Origin: an uncultured Bacteroidota bacterium | GTDB taxonomy: Bacteria; Bacteroidota; Bacteroidia; AKYH767-A; 2013-40CM-41-45 | Length of the DNA stretch: 64,000 bases | Direction: 5' to 3' | Assembly (NCBI GenBank): GCA_963775555.1 | Contig: CAVZJJ010000004.1 | Coordinates: forward strand, 408,420 to 472,419 | In this document: one piece after another, positions 52,404-63,578 of the stretch | Layout of the letters: each line of letters begins with the position of its first letter | Position numbering within the stretch: position 1 is the first letter of the stretch | The notes under the pieces: model-generated | Database searches by the model: none | What the model was told of the DNA's origin: nothing | The model's input: only the letters and a program-made list of their open reading frames with translations | Made by a program: the position numbers and the translations under genes

Positions 52404-53771
52404 ATGAAAAATCTGATCCAAACAATACGTAATATATTTAAGATCGAAGATCTGAGAGTTCGCATTCTCAACACGCTCTTCTTTCTGCTGATCTACCGTC
52501 TGGGTACACACATTGTGTTACCGGGTGTAGATCCGGAGCAGCTTGCTGCTTTGCAGAACCAGACGAGCGGTGGTGTATTAGGACTGTTGGATATGTTTTC
52601 CGGTGGTGCGTTCTCAAATTCTTCGATCTTTGCACTTGGGTATCATGCCATACATCTCTGCATCTATCGTGATTCAGCTGATGAGTATTGCAGTTCCTTA
52701 TTTCCAGAAATTGCAGAAAGAAGGTGAAAGTCGGAAGAAAGCGAATCAACCAGATGACACGTTGGTTGACAGTTGGTATCACTGCTATGCAGGCTCCGGG
52801 TTACATTGTGAACTTACGTTCTCAGGTGCCGGGTGCAATCATTTCAGTTACTAATCCTGAAATCGTTTCTCCATTCACATTCTGGTTCACATCAATCGTT
52901 ATCCTTACTGCAGGAACATTATTCGTAATGTGGTTAGGAGAAAATATCACAGATAAAGGAATCGGAAATGGTATTTCACTTATCATCATGATGGGAATTC
53001 TTGCCCGTCTGCCACATTCTTTCCGTGATGAAGTTCTTCTCCCGTGCAAACTCAGGGTGGAGGACTGGTTGTTATTCTTCATTGAATTAGTCGCTCTTGG
53101 CAGCCGTGATCGCAGCCACAATTTTGCTCGTTCAGGGTACACGACGAATTCCGGTCAACTTTGCTAAGAAGATTGTTGGAAACAAACAATACGGTGGAGT
53201 ACGTCAGTACATTCCATTAAAAGTGAATGCTGCAGGTGTAATGCCGATCATCTTCGCTCAGGCGATCATGTTCATCCCTGCAACGATTGCACAGTTCTTC
53301 CCTGATGCAGCTGCTTCTGCAGGAGTACTGGCAACATTTGGAAACTTCACATCCTTCTGGTATAATTTTGTATTCGCTACATTGATCATCCTCTTCACTT
53401 ATTTCTATACTGCAATTTCTGTGAATCCAAATCAGATGGCTGATGATATGAAAAGAAACAACGGATTTATTCCCGGTGTAAAACCGGGCAGAAGTACAGC
53501 AGAATTTATTGATGATGTTATGTCACGCATTACTCTTCCGGGATCTATATTTCTTGCCATCATCGCCATCCTGCCAACGTTTGCATTTCTATTAAACGTG
53601 AACAACAACTTCGCTCACTTCTATGGTGGTACTTCCTTGCTGATCATGGTGGGTGTTGTTCTTGATACATTACAGCAAATTGAAAGTCATTTGTTGATGC
53701 GTCATTACGACGGATTGATGAAGAGCGGGAAAATAAAAGGAAGAAGTTCACCGGTTGCCACAACTGTCTAG
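52404..53771 (+). CDS. secY: preprotein translocase subunit SecY, several frame breaks
   Basis: [63 protein letters not shown], and the long intact C-terminal part 53097-53771. Confidence 0.9.
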
Positions 53772-53851
53772 TATTACAATAGTTTGTGTTGCATAGACAT
53801 AAAATCAAGTCCAAGTTTAATGTCTGAACACGCAAACAGAATTGAAGCAGA

Positions 53852-54641
53852 ATGCTGTACTACAAGACACAGGAAGAGATTGAAATAATAAGGGAGAGTT
53901 CTTTACTTGTTGCCAAAACCCTGGCTGAAGTGGCCAAAGCTATCCGTCCCGGTGTTACGACACTGGAGTTGGATAAAATTGCTGAGACTTTCATCCGCGA
54001 TAATCATGCCAGTTCCGGCATTCCTGAATTACAATGGATTTCCAAATTCACTATGTATTTCAGTGAATTCTCAGGTGGTTCATGGTATACCGAATAAGAA
54101 TGAACTCAGCGATGGAGATATTTGTTCAGTGGATTGTGGAGTACTGAAGAATGGTTTCTACGGAGATTCTGCATACACCTTTAGTATTGGTGATGTAGCT
54201 GATGAAACACTTCAGTTGTTGAAAGTAACCAAGGAAGCCTTTACAAAGGCATTGAAATGGCTACTGCCGGAAATCGACTTGGGAGATATCAGTCATGCAA
54301 TTCAAGACTCATGCAGAATCAAACGGTTACTCAGTGGTTCGTGAATTGGTCGGACATGGAATTGGAAGACATCTTCACGAGAAACCGGAAGTTCCTAATT
54401 ACGGAAAGCGTGGAAGCGGATTAGTACTCAGAGAAGGATTAGTTATCGCCATCGAACCGATGATCAACATGGGGGTGAAAGGAGTAGTTCATGAAAGAGA
54501 TGGATGGACAGTTCGTACTGCGGACAATAAACCATCGGCGCATTTTGAACATACAGTGGCAATACGGAAAAGGAAAGTGCGGATATACTAAGCTCATTTG
54601 AATTTATTGAAGAAGCATTTAAAGACAAACATTCAAAATAA
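53852..54641 (+). CDS. map: type I methionine aminopeptidase, frame breaks
   Basis: [76 protein letters not shown], and [10 protein letters not shown]. Confidence 0.9.
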
Positions 54642-54657
54642 AGTGATCAACTAAGAC

Positions 54658-54877
54658 GTGGCAAAACAGGCAAACATAGAGCAAGATGGAACGATCATCG
54701 AAGCATTATCAAATGCAATGTTCCGCGTGGAACTGGAAAATGGACATGAGATCATCGCACATATCTCGGGGAAGATGCGAATGCATTACATCAAAATTCT
54801 CCCCGGTGATAAAGTAAAAGTTGAAATGTCTCCTTATGATCTTGACAAAAGGAAGAATAACATACAGATATAAATAA
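54658..54877 (+). CDS. infA: translation initiation factor IF-1, frame break near 54848
   Basis: GTG start. [62 protein letters not shown]. The expected end GRITYRYK is in the next frame. Confidence 0.9.
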
Positions 54878-54950
54878 GTATCAGTCAGGAGGTGAAATCG
54901 GAATATAGTTAACAGATTATCCATCAACGGACAATAAAAACAAATAAGAA

Positions 54951-55067
54951 ATGAAAGTTAAACCCGCTATCAAAAAAAGAAGTGTTGACTGCAAGATTGT
55001 TCGCAGAAAAGGACGATTGTATGTAATCAACAAAAAGAATCCACGGTTTAAGCAACGTCAGGGATAA
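54951..55067 (+). CDS. rpmJ: 50S ribosomal protein L36
   Basis: My own translation gives [38 protein letters not shown] (38 aa). It is below the ORF-track length cut-off. Confidence 0.9.
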   Translation: MKVKPAIKKRSVDCKIVRRKGRLYVINKKNPRFKQRQG

Positions 55068-55138
55068 TCCTTTGCGTTACCGTCAGGTAATTAGATAACA
55101 TCTAATACTAATTAACAAACAACATAACATCAAAATAA

Positions 55139-55517
55139 ATGGCTCGTATTGCTGGTATTGATTTACCAAAACACAAAAGAGGCGAGATTGGTCTGACTTA
55201 CATTTACGGAATCGGACCGTCAACAGCTCAACGTATCCTGACACGAAGCCGGTATTGATTTTAATACCAAAGTCGAAGAATGGGATGATGAACAGTTGAC
55301 AAAGATCCGTAACATCATCAATGAGATGAAGGTGGAAGGTGCACTTCGTTCTGAAGTTCAGCTGAACATCAAGCGTCTGGTCGATATCAATTGTTACCGT
55401 GGCATGCGTCACCGTAATGGACTTCCTGTACGTGGACAGCGTACAAAAACAAACTGCCGTACCAGAAAAGGGAAACGTAAAACTGTTGCCAACAAGAAGA
55501 AGGCAACTAAAATGTAA
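55139..55517 (+). CDS. rpsM: 30S ribosomal protein S13, frame break near 55245
   Basis: [34 protein letters not shown], then [34 protein letters not shown]. Confidence 0.9.
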
Positions 55518-55526
55518 TTGATCATC

Positions 55527-55938
55527 ATGGCTACTCAACAACAAGATACCGGTAAAGGCGCCAAGACAGCAAAGAAAAAAGTAGTGAAAGTGGATGCAGT
55601 TCGGAAAAGCATTCGTCAGCGCTACTTTCAACAATATCATCATCTCTCTGACCAATGATTCAGGACAAGTGATCTCTTGGGCGTCAGCCGGAAAAATGGG
55701 ATTCAAAGGTTCTAAGAAAAACACTCCTTATGCTGCTCAGATGGCAGCTGCAGATTGTGCGAAAGTGGCTCATGATATGGGACTTCGTAAAGTGAAAGTT
55801 TTCGTAAGAGGACCGGGTGCAGGACGTGAGTCAGCAATCCGTACTCTTCACCAAAGTGGAATCGAAGTACTGGAAATTATGGATATCACTCCAATTCCTC
55901 ACAACGGTTGCCGTCCTCCCGGAAAGCGTCGAGTATAA
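55527..55938 (+). CDS. rpsK: 30S ribosomal protein S11, frame break near 55600
   Basis: [40 protein letters not shown] and [17 protein letters not shown]. Confidence 0.9.
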
Positions 55939-55982
55939 TTATTAAATAATAATAATTAAGAAAACAGAAAGAAATATTTACC

Positions 55983-56593
55983 ATGGCAAGATATACTGGA
56001 CCTACAACCAAGATAGCCCGGAAATTTCGTGAACCGATCTTCGGTCCTGATAAAGCATTTGAACGTAAAACACTATCCTCCGGGACAACACGGACAAACT
56101 AAGAAACGTGCAAAGCAGAGTGAATACTCTGTGCAGTTGATGGAAAAGCAAAAGGTGAAATACATGTACGGAATCCTGGAGCGTCAGTTCGCGAAGATCT
56201 TCGATCGTGCTTCCCGTAAAGTCAGGTATCACCGGTGAAAACCTGTTGCAGTTGATCGAAGCCCGTCTTGATAATCTTGTCTATCGTCTAGGTATTGCTC
56301 CTACACGTATGGCTGCTCGTCAACTTGTTGGTCACCGACACATTACCGTAAATGGTAAAGTGGTAAACATTGCATCTTATACTTGTAAAGCAGGTGATGT
56401 AGTCGGAGTTCGTGAACGTTCAAAAGGACTTGAAGTAATTATTGAAGCACATGATCGGTCACGTGAATAAGCATTCATGGTTAGAGTGGGACAAAGCTAC
56501 AATGACAGGAAAGATTCTTAAATCTTCCTGCACGTGATCAGATTCAGTGAGAATATCAAAGAACAGTTGATCGTCGAATTGTATTCAAAATAA
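55983..56593 (+). CDS. rpsD: 30S ribosomal protein S4, several frame breaks
   Basis: MARYTGP..., [61 protein letters not shown], and the end [10 protein letters not shown]. Confidence 0.9.
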
Positions 56594-56678
56594 TAATTGG
56601 TATTCTGCAACTTGTTGCAGTGCCGGTAATCAAGATTACAGTCAAATTAATTTTAAACCTTAAACAACAAAATATACA

Positions 56679-57669
56679 ATGGCTATCTTAGCATTTCAAC
56701 GTCCGGACAAAGTGATCATGATTCACTCAGATGAACGTCACGGCGTGTTCGAATTTCGACCGCTTGAACCAGGTTACGGAATCACGGTTGGTAATGCATT
56801 GCGTCGTATTCTGCTTTCTTCATTGGAAGGACATGCTATCACCTCAGTGAAAATTATCGGAGCGGATCATGAGTTCTCTACTATTAAAGGTGTTGTAGAA
56901 GATGTTACTGAAATAATTCTGAACTTAAAGCAGGTTCGTTTCAAGCAACAAATTCAGGGAACCGATGCAGAGAAAGTAACTATTTCTGTTAGTGGTAAAA
57001 CTGAATTTACTGCAGGCGATATCAGCAAATTCACTACTGCATTCCAGGTGTTAAATCCGGAACTGGTTATTTGCAATATGGAGCCTTCAGTGTAAACTTA
57101 CTCTTGATCTTCACATCGACAAAGGTCGTGGTTACGTTCCTTCTGAAGAAAATAAAACAGGCAGTGCTCCAATCGGAACAATCTTCACTGATTCTATCTT
57201 CACACCAATCCGTAACGTAAAATATTCTGTAGAAAATTATCGTGTAGAACAGAAGACTGACTACGAAAAGTTGATCATGGAGATCACTACGGATGGTTCT
57301 ATCCACCCGAAGGAAGCATTGAAAGAAGCAGCAGAAATTCTGATCCATCACTTCATGCTTTTCTCTGATGAGAAAATCACTTGGAGACAAAAGAGAAAAC
57401 ACCTACTGAAGAACTCGATGAGAACACACTTCACATGCGTCAGTTGCTGAGTACAAAATTGGTTGACATGGATCTTTCAGTTCGTGCATTGAATTGTCTG
57501 AAAGCTGCCGATGTTGAAACACTTGGGTGACCTTGTTTCTTACAACAAAGCAGACCTTTTGAAGTTCCGCAACTTCGGTAAGAAATCATTGACAGAATTG
57601 GAAGAGTTGGTTCGTGCAAAGAATCTTACTTTCGGAATGAACGTAGGAAAATACCTTGACAAGAAATAA
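56679..57669 (+). CDS. rpoA: DNA-directed RNA polymerase subunit alpha, several frame breaks
   Basis: [28 protein letters not shown] in the N-terminal domain. The C-terminal-domain motif [18 protein letters not shown] appears in a later frame. Confidence 0.9.
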
Positions 57670-57738
57670 GCTGAAATAAATATTTAATAATCGGATCTGC
57701 ATTCGATACAAGAAGGCGGAAACAACAGAGAAAATAAA

Positions 57739-58311
57739 ATGAGACACGGTAAGAAAATTAATCACCTCGGAAGACAGCAGCAGCCACATCGTGAGGCGAT
57801 GCTATCGAATATGGCTACATCTTTGATTTTGAATAAGCGTATCAACACGACTTTAGCTAAGGCAAAAGCACTTCGTAAATATGTTGAGCCTCTGATCACT
57901 CGTTCTAAGGATGATTCTACGCATTCACGCAGAATGGCTTTCAGATATCTTCAGGATAAGCCTGCGGTGATTGAACTATTCCGTGAGGTAGCACCAAAAG
58001 TGGCTGATCGTCCGGGAGGTTACACTCGCATCATCAAATTACAAAATCGTCTGGGTGACAATGCCGAGATGTGCATGATGGAGCTGGTTGATTTCAATCT
58101 TCTATTGTTAGGCGATGGCACTAGTGCAGCTCCTGCTAAGAAGGCAGCTAAGACGACACGTCGTAGTGGAGCGAAGAAGAAGGCTGCTGCAACTGAGGCT
58201 ACAACTGATGAAGCCGAAGGAACTGAGGCAAAAGCAGCCCCAAAAAAAGCAGCAGCTAAAAAACCTGCAGCTAAGAAGAAGTCTGATGACAAAAAAGATA
58301 AGGAAGATTAA
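57739..58311 (+). CDS. rplQ: 50S ribosomal protein L17 with Ala/Lys-rich C-terminal extension
   Basis: [12 protein letters not shown]...[25 protein letters not shown], then about 70 aa of [11 protein letters not shown]...[22 protein letters not shown]. Confidence 0.9.
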   Translation: MRHGKKINHLGRQQQPHREAMLSNMATSLILNKRINTTLAKAKALRKYVEPLITRSKDDSTHSRRMAFRYLQDKPAVIELFREVAPKVADRPGGYTRIIKLQNRLGDNAEMCMMELVDFNLLLLGDGTSAAPAKKAAKTTRRSGAKKKAAATEATTDEAEGTEAKAAPKKAAAKKPAAKKKSDDKKDKED

Positions 58312-58332
58312 TACTCTTTCTGAATGATACTA

Positions 58333-58369
58333 AACGGAATGGAACGAAAGTTTTATTCCGTTTTTTTTT
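58333..58369 (+). terminator. rho-independent terminator of the ribosomal superoperon
   Basis: AACGGAAT ... ATTCCGTT stem followed by a T9 run. Confidence 0.8.
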
Positions 58370-58518
58370 GAGCATTTTGCCATGCATTGTAGCCTATAAA
58401 TGAAGTTATATGGTCGGTTAGCGGAAGTGTTAAAATTCACAGGCCATCACCAAATGATTTTATAAACATCCATAAAAGGCTAAAGCTGAAAAATAGTATC
58501 TTTGAAAAACCTTTTCGC

Positions 58519-59643
58519 ATGAAATACATCGAAAAAAAGCCAGCAATCCTCATTTTAGAGGATGGAACTGTTTTCCACGGGAAAGCCGCCGGAGCTATTG
58601 GAACCACTACCGGGGAGATTTGTTTCAATACCGGAATGACCGGTTACCAGGAAATTTTTACTGATCCTTCCTATTTTGGCCAGATATTATTGGCTACTCA
58701 TGTACATATTGGTAATTACGGAATCCATCCAGATGAGGTAGAAAGTGATGGCATTAAAATTTCCGGATTGGTTTGTCGTGGTTTTAATAAACAGTACTCC
58801 ACGACCAACTGCGACAAAATCGATTCAGGAATATTTCGAAGAGCAAAAGTTAGTTGCTATTTGTGATGTAGATACCCGAGCCATTGTTCGTCATATCCGA
58901 AGCAAGGGAGCAATGAATTGCATTATCTCCTCGGAGATTCTTGGATAGGTTCGCTTGAAGAAAATGCTTTCGGATGTTCCATCCATGACAGGATTGGAAT
59001 TGTCATCCATGGTGACGACGACAGCACCTTATTATTTTGGTGATCCAAATGCGAAATTGAAAGTTGCCGTGATTGATTTTGGAGTGAAGAAAAATATACT
59101 TCGCAGTTTGGCAAAACGAGATTGTTAGTTGCGAGTTTTTCCTGCCCGAACAAGTTTTGCAGATTTGAAAGAATGGAATCCTGATGGAATTCTTTTGTCA
59201 AATGGCCCCGGCGACCCTGCAGTGATGCAATATGCTGTGAAGACAGTGAAAGAAATTTTGAACAAGTAATATTCCGGTTTTTGGAATTTGTCTCGGTCAT
59301 CAATTGCTCGCTGAAGCATGTGGTATCGGAACCTACAAAATGTTTAATGGTCACCGGGGGATAAATCATCCTGTAAAAAATCTTATTACAGGTCATTGTG
59401 AAATCACTTCACAGAATCATGGCTTTGCTGTTGTGGAAGATGATGTAAAGAAATCAAAGACGGTTGAAGCTACCCACGTAAATCTTGAATGACGGAACAA
59501 TTGAAGGAATTCGTGTGAAAGATACCGTAGCCTTCAGTGTTCAATACCACCCTGAAGCCGCACCGGGACCGCATGACAGTGTTTATCTTTTTGATGATTT
59601 TGTTCGAAGAGATGAAAAATGTTGTTGTGGAGCAGTAGTATGA
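58519..59643 (+). CDS. carA: carbamoyl-phosphate synthase small (glutaminase) subunit, several frame breaks
   Basis: [44 protein letters not shown]. The GATase motifs [10 protein letters not shown] (shifted) and GHRGINHPV are present, with [12 protein letters not shown] near the end. Confidence 0.9.
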
Positions 59644-59673
59644 ATCCAGTCAAATTTTTACAAGTCCGTATTC

Positions 59674-60415
59674 TTAACACCTTGATTCGCCAGCTTTGCA
59701 GTGTATTTCTGCCAGTACTACTTTTTGTAATGCAGTCAGATGTCTTTGTCCGTGCAGATCACTCCCGATAAAATCGATCATGTTTTCGTCGAGCATTCGT
59801 TCGGCAATTTTTTTTGCAGCCCGGGCCGTAGTAGCCGACCAGAGAATTTGTGTTCAGTTGAAATAAAGCTCCTGCTTCTTTGAGTCTATAATATTCTTCA
59901 AACTTTTGGTACCAAAAGGGGTACCGTTCCGGATGTGCCAAGACGGGGATGTAACCACGGATAATCATTTCGAAAATTATGGAATATAGTGTGTCAGGCG
60001 GGTTAATGTAGGAGATTTCAAAAAGGACATACTTTTTTCCAAAAGTCAGGAGGTTTTCTTCCTTGATTTTTTGTAAAAAATGTTCGTCCAGATAATACTC
60101 TGCTGCTGCGTCAATCGTGATGGGTATACCTTGTTTTTTAATTTCTTCTCTTACTTTTTCCAGTCCTTCAAGAATAATTTCAGGAGTGTTTCGGAAATAG
60201 TCACTCATAATATGTGGTGTAGTCATTAGTTTCTTAAATCCAAGAGCCGACAATGCATTTATCATTTCAATGGATTCTTCCATGGTTTGAACTCCATCAT
60301 CAATTCCCGGAATCAGATGAGAATGAATATCTGTTTTAAATACCGATAGATCTTTTAAAGAAGGGTATTCCTGTTCAGATGCTTTTCTTGAAAAAAACGA
60401 CTTCAGACTCATCAT
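59674..60415 (-). CDS. CpsB/CapC-type (PHP family) protein-tyrosine phosphatase, frame break near 59830
   Basis: Start MMSLK at 60415. Metal-binding motifs DIHSHLIPGIDDG, TPHI and LAHPERY. The C-terminus IDFIGSDLHG is in another frame. Confidence 0.8.
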
Positions 60416-60416
60416 T

Positions 60417-61390
60417 TTATATTGATTTAGTCGTTGACTTTCTGAACCAGTCAAAAGTCTGTTTTAAACCTTCGGGAAGGAGTATAGAAGGTGAATAGCC
60501 AAGCATTCAATGGCTTTAGATATATCGGCTAATGAATCCCGGATATCGCCGGCACGTGCTTCCCTGTGGATCGGTCGCAGGTTCGAATCAGAAAGGGAGG
60601 CAATCAACTTAAAGAGTTTGTTGATGGATGCTCTCTCACCGACGGCAACATTATAAACTCTGATTCAAAGCGTCCGGATGGTTCGTGAGCAAGGAGAGGA
60701 TATTAGCCTGAACCGCATTTTCGACAAATGTAAAGTCGCGTGTTTGTTCTCCGTCACCATCGATAAATGGTGATTTATGGTCTAATACAGCCTGCATAAA
60801 CAATGGAATCACTGCAGCATAAGGCCCGTCCGGACTTTGGTTTGGACCAAAGACATTGAAGTAGCGCAAGCCGATGATTTCCATGTTGTAAGTTTCAGCA
60901 AAAACACGGGCATACAGTTCATTAGTTAATTTACTCACGGCATAAGGCGACAAAGGATTTCCTGTTTCTGTTTCCTTTTTCGGTAACACGGGATGATCTC
61001 CATACACGGATGATGAGCTGGCGTAAACAAATCGTTTCACTTTCGCATCACGGGCGGCAACCAGCATATTCAGAAAACCGGTAGAGTTGATTGCATGAGT
61101 TGTCTGAGGATCTTTGACGGATCGCGGTACAGAGCCAAGGCTGCCTGGTGTGAAACAAAATCAATTCCTTCACATGCTTTCACACAGGTTAAAGGATCGC
61201 GAATATCCCCTTCGATAAATTCAACGTTTGGAAGATCAAGAAATGGGCGGATGTTTTCTATTGAACTTGTAAGCAGATTGTCAAGGATACGGATATGACC
61301 TGCCTTAAACTGAACAAGATATTCAACCAGATTGGAACCGATAAAACCGGATCCACCTGTAATTAAAAAGGAGTGAACTACTTAGATCAT
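60417..61390 (-). CDS. NAD-dependent sugar-nucleotide 4-epimerase (WbpP/TviC-like SDR), several frame breaks
   Basis: [18 protein letters not shown] (shifted N-terminus), ASSSSVYGD, and catalytic [12 protein letters not shown]. The C-terminus [19 protein letters not shown] ends one nt before the next gene. Confidence 0.8.
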
Positions 61391-61455
61391 TTTTATGAAA
61401 AAGGAATGTGATCATATCTTGATTCTTTATTTAAAAGGCAAAAGGATAAATATTA

Positions 61456-62544
61456 TCAACGATGTGTATATTGTTGAGTATAGTAGTGGAGGTATTCACC
61501 TGATGTAACTTGCTGCAGCCATTCTTCATTCGCCAGATACCAGTCTACTGTTTTCTCCAGCCCTTCTTCAAATTGAAGGGAGGGTTTCCATCCAAGATCG
61601 TTTTGAAGTTTTGATGAGTCAATTGCATAACGGAGATCGTGACCTGCACGGTCTTTTACATAGGTGATGAGCTTGGCGGATGTTCCTTCAGCTCTTTTCA
61701 GTTTTCTGTCCATGATACTACACAACAGTAGAATCAGGTCAATGTTTCTCCACTCATTATTGCCTCCGATATTATATGTAGATCCGGTAACTGCCTTGTG
61801 GAATAATTCATCAATTGCACTTGCATGATCTTCTACAAACAACCAATCACGAACATTTTCACCTTTCCCATAGACGGGAACAGGTTTGTTGTTTTTAATA
61901 TTATTTATCGCAAGGGGAATTAATTTCTCAGGAAACTGATGTGAACCATAATTGTTAGAGCAATTGGAAATAACAATGGGTAATCCGTAGGTATCATGAT
62001 ATGCTCTTACAAAATGATCGGAACTTGCTTTGGAAGCAGAGTAGGGGCTATGTGGGTCATACGTTGACTTCTCCGTGAAGTATCCCGACTTCCCAAGTGA
62101 ACCATAAACTTCATCAGTGGAAACATGATAAAATAAATTTCGATCCTGACCTGCCTGTGATGCAGAAGTATCGATCCATGAGTTCCGTGCAGCGTTCAAT
62201 AGATTGACGGTTCCCACAACATTTGTCATGATGAAATCCATCGGGTTGGCAATGCTTCTGTCTACATGCGATTCGGCAGCAAGATGTATTACAGCATCAA
62301 ATTTTCTGTCTTGAAAAAGCTTTTGGATAAAATCCGCTTCAACAATATCGCCCTTTAAGAATTCGTAATTGGGTTTGTTTTCAACATCCTTCAGGTTGGT
62401 GAGATTCCCGGCATAGGTGAGTTTGTCCAGGTTAAGTATTTTATATTCCGGATACTTGTTCACAAAGCGACGAATCACATGCGAACCAATAAAGCCGGCA
62501 CCTCCGGTAATCAGAATAGTTCTTTTAAATGTCATCATTGGCAA
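61456..62544 (-). CDS. rfbB: dTDP-glucose 4,6-dehydratase
   Basis: ILITGGAGFIGSHVIRRFV, HLAAESHVDRSI, STDEVYG and YSASKASSDHFVRAY. Intact. Confidence 0.9.
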   Translation of the reverse strand: MPMMTFKRTILITGGAGFIGSHVIRRFVNKYPEYKILNLDKLTYAGNLTNLKDVENKPNYEFLKGDIVEADFIQKLFQDRKFDAVIHLAAESHVDRSIANPMDFIMTNVVGTVNLLNAARNSWIDTSASQAGQDRNLFYHVSTDEVYGSLGKSGYFTEKSTYDPHSPYSASKASSDHFVRAYHDTYGLPIVISNCSNNYGSHQFPEKLIPLAINNIKNNKPVPVYGKGENVRDWLFVEDHASAIDELFHKAVTGSTYNIGGNNEWRNIDLILLLCSIMDRKLKRAEGTSAKLITYVKDRAGHDLRYAIDSSKLQNDLGWKPSLQFEEGLEKTVDWYLANEEWLQQVTSGEYLHYYTQQYTHR

Positions 62545-62551
62545 GTAAAAA

Positions 62552-63577
62552 TTAGTGAGCTATACTTACTTTTTTCAAGTGTTGCTCCCAGGCCCAGGCA
62601 CTGCTTACAATATCTTCGAGAGAATGGATTGCCTTCCATCCAAGTTGAGTGTTTGCTTTGGATGTATCTGCCCAGACTTTTTCAACGTCACCGGATCTTC
62701 GCGGGCCCATTTTGTAATTTAATTTCAGACCGCTAACCTTTTCAAATGCCCGGATCACCTCGAGAACTGTGTGACCTTTTCCGGTGCCCAGGTTGAATAT
62801 TTCAAACGATTCTTTGTTCTTTTTATTGACGAGTCTGGAAATTGCATCAACATGTGCACGGGCGATATCAATTACGTGTACATAATCGCGAATACATGTA
62901 CCGTCCTCTGTATTATAATCATCCCCGAAAACTGTCATTTCTTTGCGCAAGCCGACGGCTGTTTGTGTGATAACCGGAACCAGATTGGTAGGTGCCTGCA
63001 AGGGATATTCTCCGATCAATGCCGAACTATGGGCACCGGCAGGATTAAAATAGCGCAAGGCACATCCGCTGAATTGATTTGCTTTCAAAACATCGGCAAG
63101 AATATTTTCTCCGATTTGTTTTGTGTATCCATAAGGCGATTCGGCCTTTCCTAATCGTGTCTTTTCATGAACCGGTTGTTCTTCGCTTTGTCCGTAAACG
63201 GAACAGGAAGATGAAAACACAAAATGGTCTAATTTCTTTTCCTGATGGATCTCGAGTAGATTAATCAGGGATAGGAGGTTATTGCGGTAATATTTCAGAG
63301 GGTTTTCAACAGATTCCCCAACTGCTTTGAATGCGGCAAAATGAATCGTTGCATCAATTTTATACACGGAGAAGAATTTTTCCAGTTCGGATTTGTTACA
63401 CAAGTCAATGTTAAAGAACTGGGCGCTTTTTCCGGTGATCTTTTCAATGGAGTGAATTACTTCTTCTCTGGAATTGCTGAGATTGTCGACCAGGATGGGG
63501 TTAAAACCCTGCAAAGAGAGTTCTACCACCGTATGCGATCCGATGTAACCGGTTCCACCTGTAACAAGAATATTCAT
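62552..63577 (-). CDS. galE: UDP-glucose 4-epimerase
   Basis: MNILVTGGTGYIGSHTVVEL, catalytic YGYTKQIGENIL, LRYFNPAGAH and DYVHVIDIARAH. Intact. Confidence 0.9.
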   Translation of the reverse strand: MNILVTGGTGYIGSHTVVELSLQGFNPILVDNLSNSREEVIHSIEKITGKSAQFFNIDLCNKSELEKFFSVYKIDATIHFAAFKAVGESVENPLKYYRNNLLSLINLLEIHQEKKLDHFVFSSSCSVYGQSEEQPVHEKTRLGKAESPYGYTKQIGENILADVLKANQFSGCALRYFNPAGAHSSALIGEYPLQAPTNLVPVITQTAVGLRKEMTVFGDDYNTEDGTCIRDYVHVIDIARAHVDAISRLVNKKNKESFEIFNLGTGKGHTVLEVIRAFEKVSGLKLNYKMGPRRSGDVEKVWADTSKANTQLGWKAIHSLEDIVSSAWAWEQHLKKVSIAH

Positions 63578-63578
63578 A

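Noticed and set aside
55083-55724. 213-aa minus-strand ORF
   Set aside because: It is antisense to rpmJ/rpsM/rpsK and has no recognisable features, so it is a shadow ORF.
39287-58311. Ribosomal-operon frameshifts as programmed recoding or genuine pseudogenes
   Set aside because: There are dozens of breaks in nearly every essential gene, with no shared slippery heptamer or downstream structure. The contexts are heterogeneous, and compensated double shifts occur (rpmD). Sequence error is far more likely, and viability rules out true pseudogenes.
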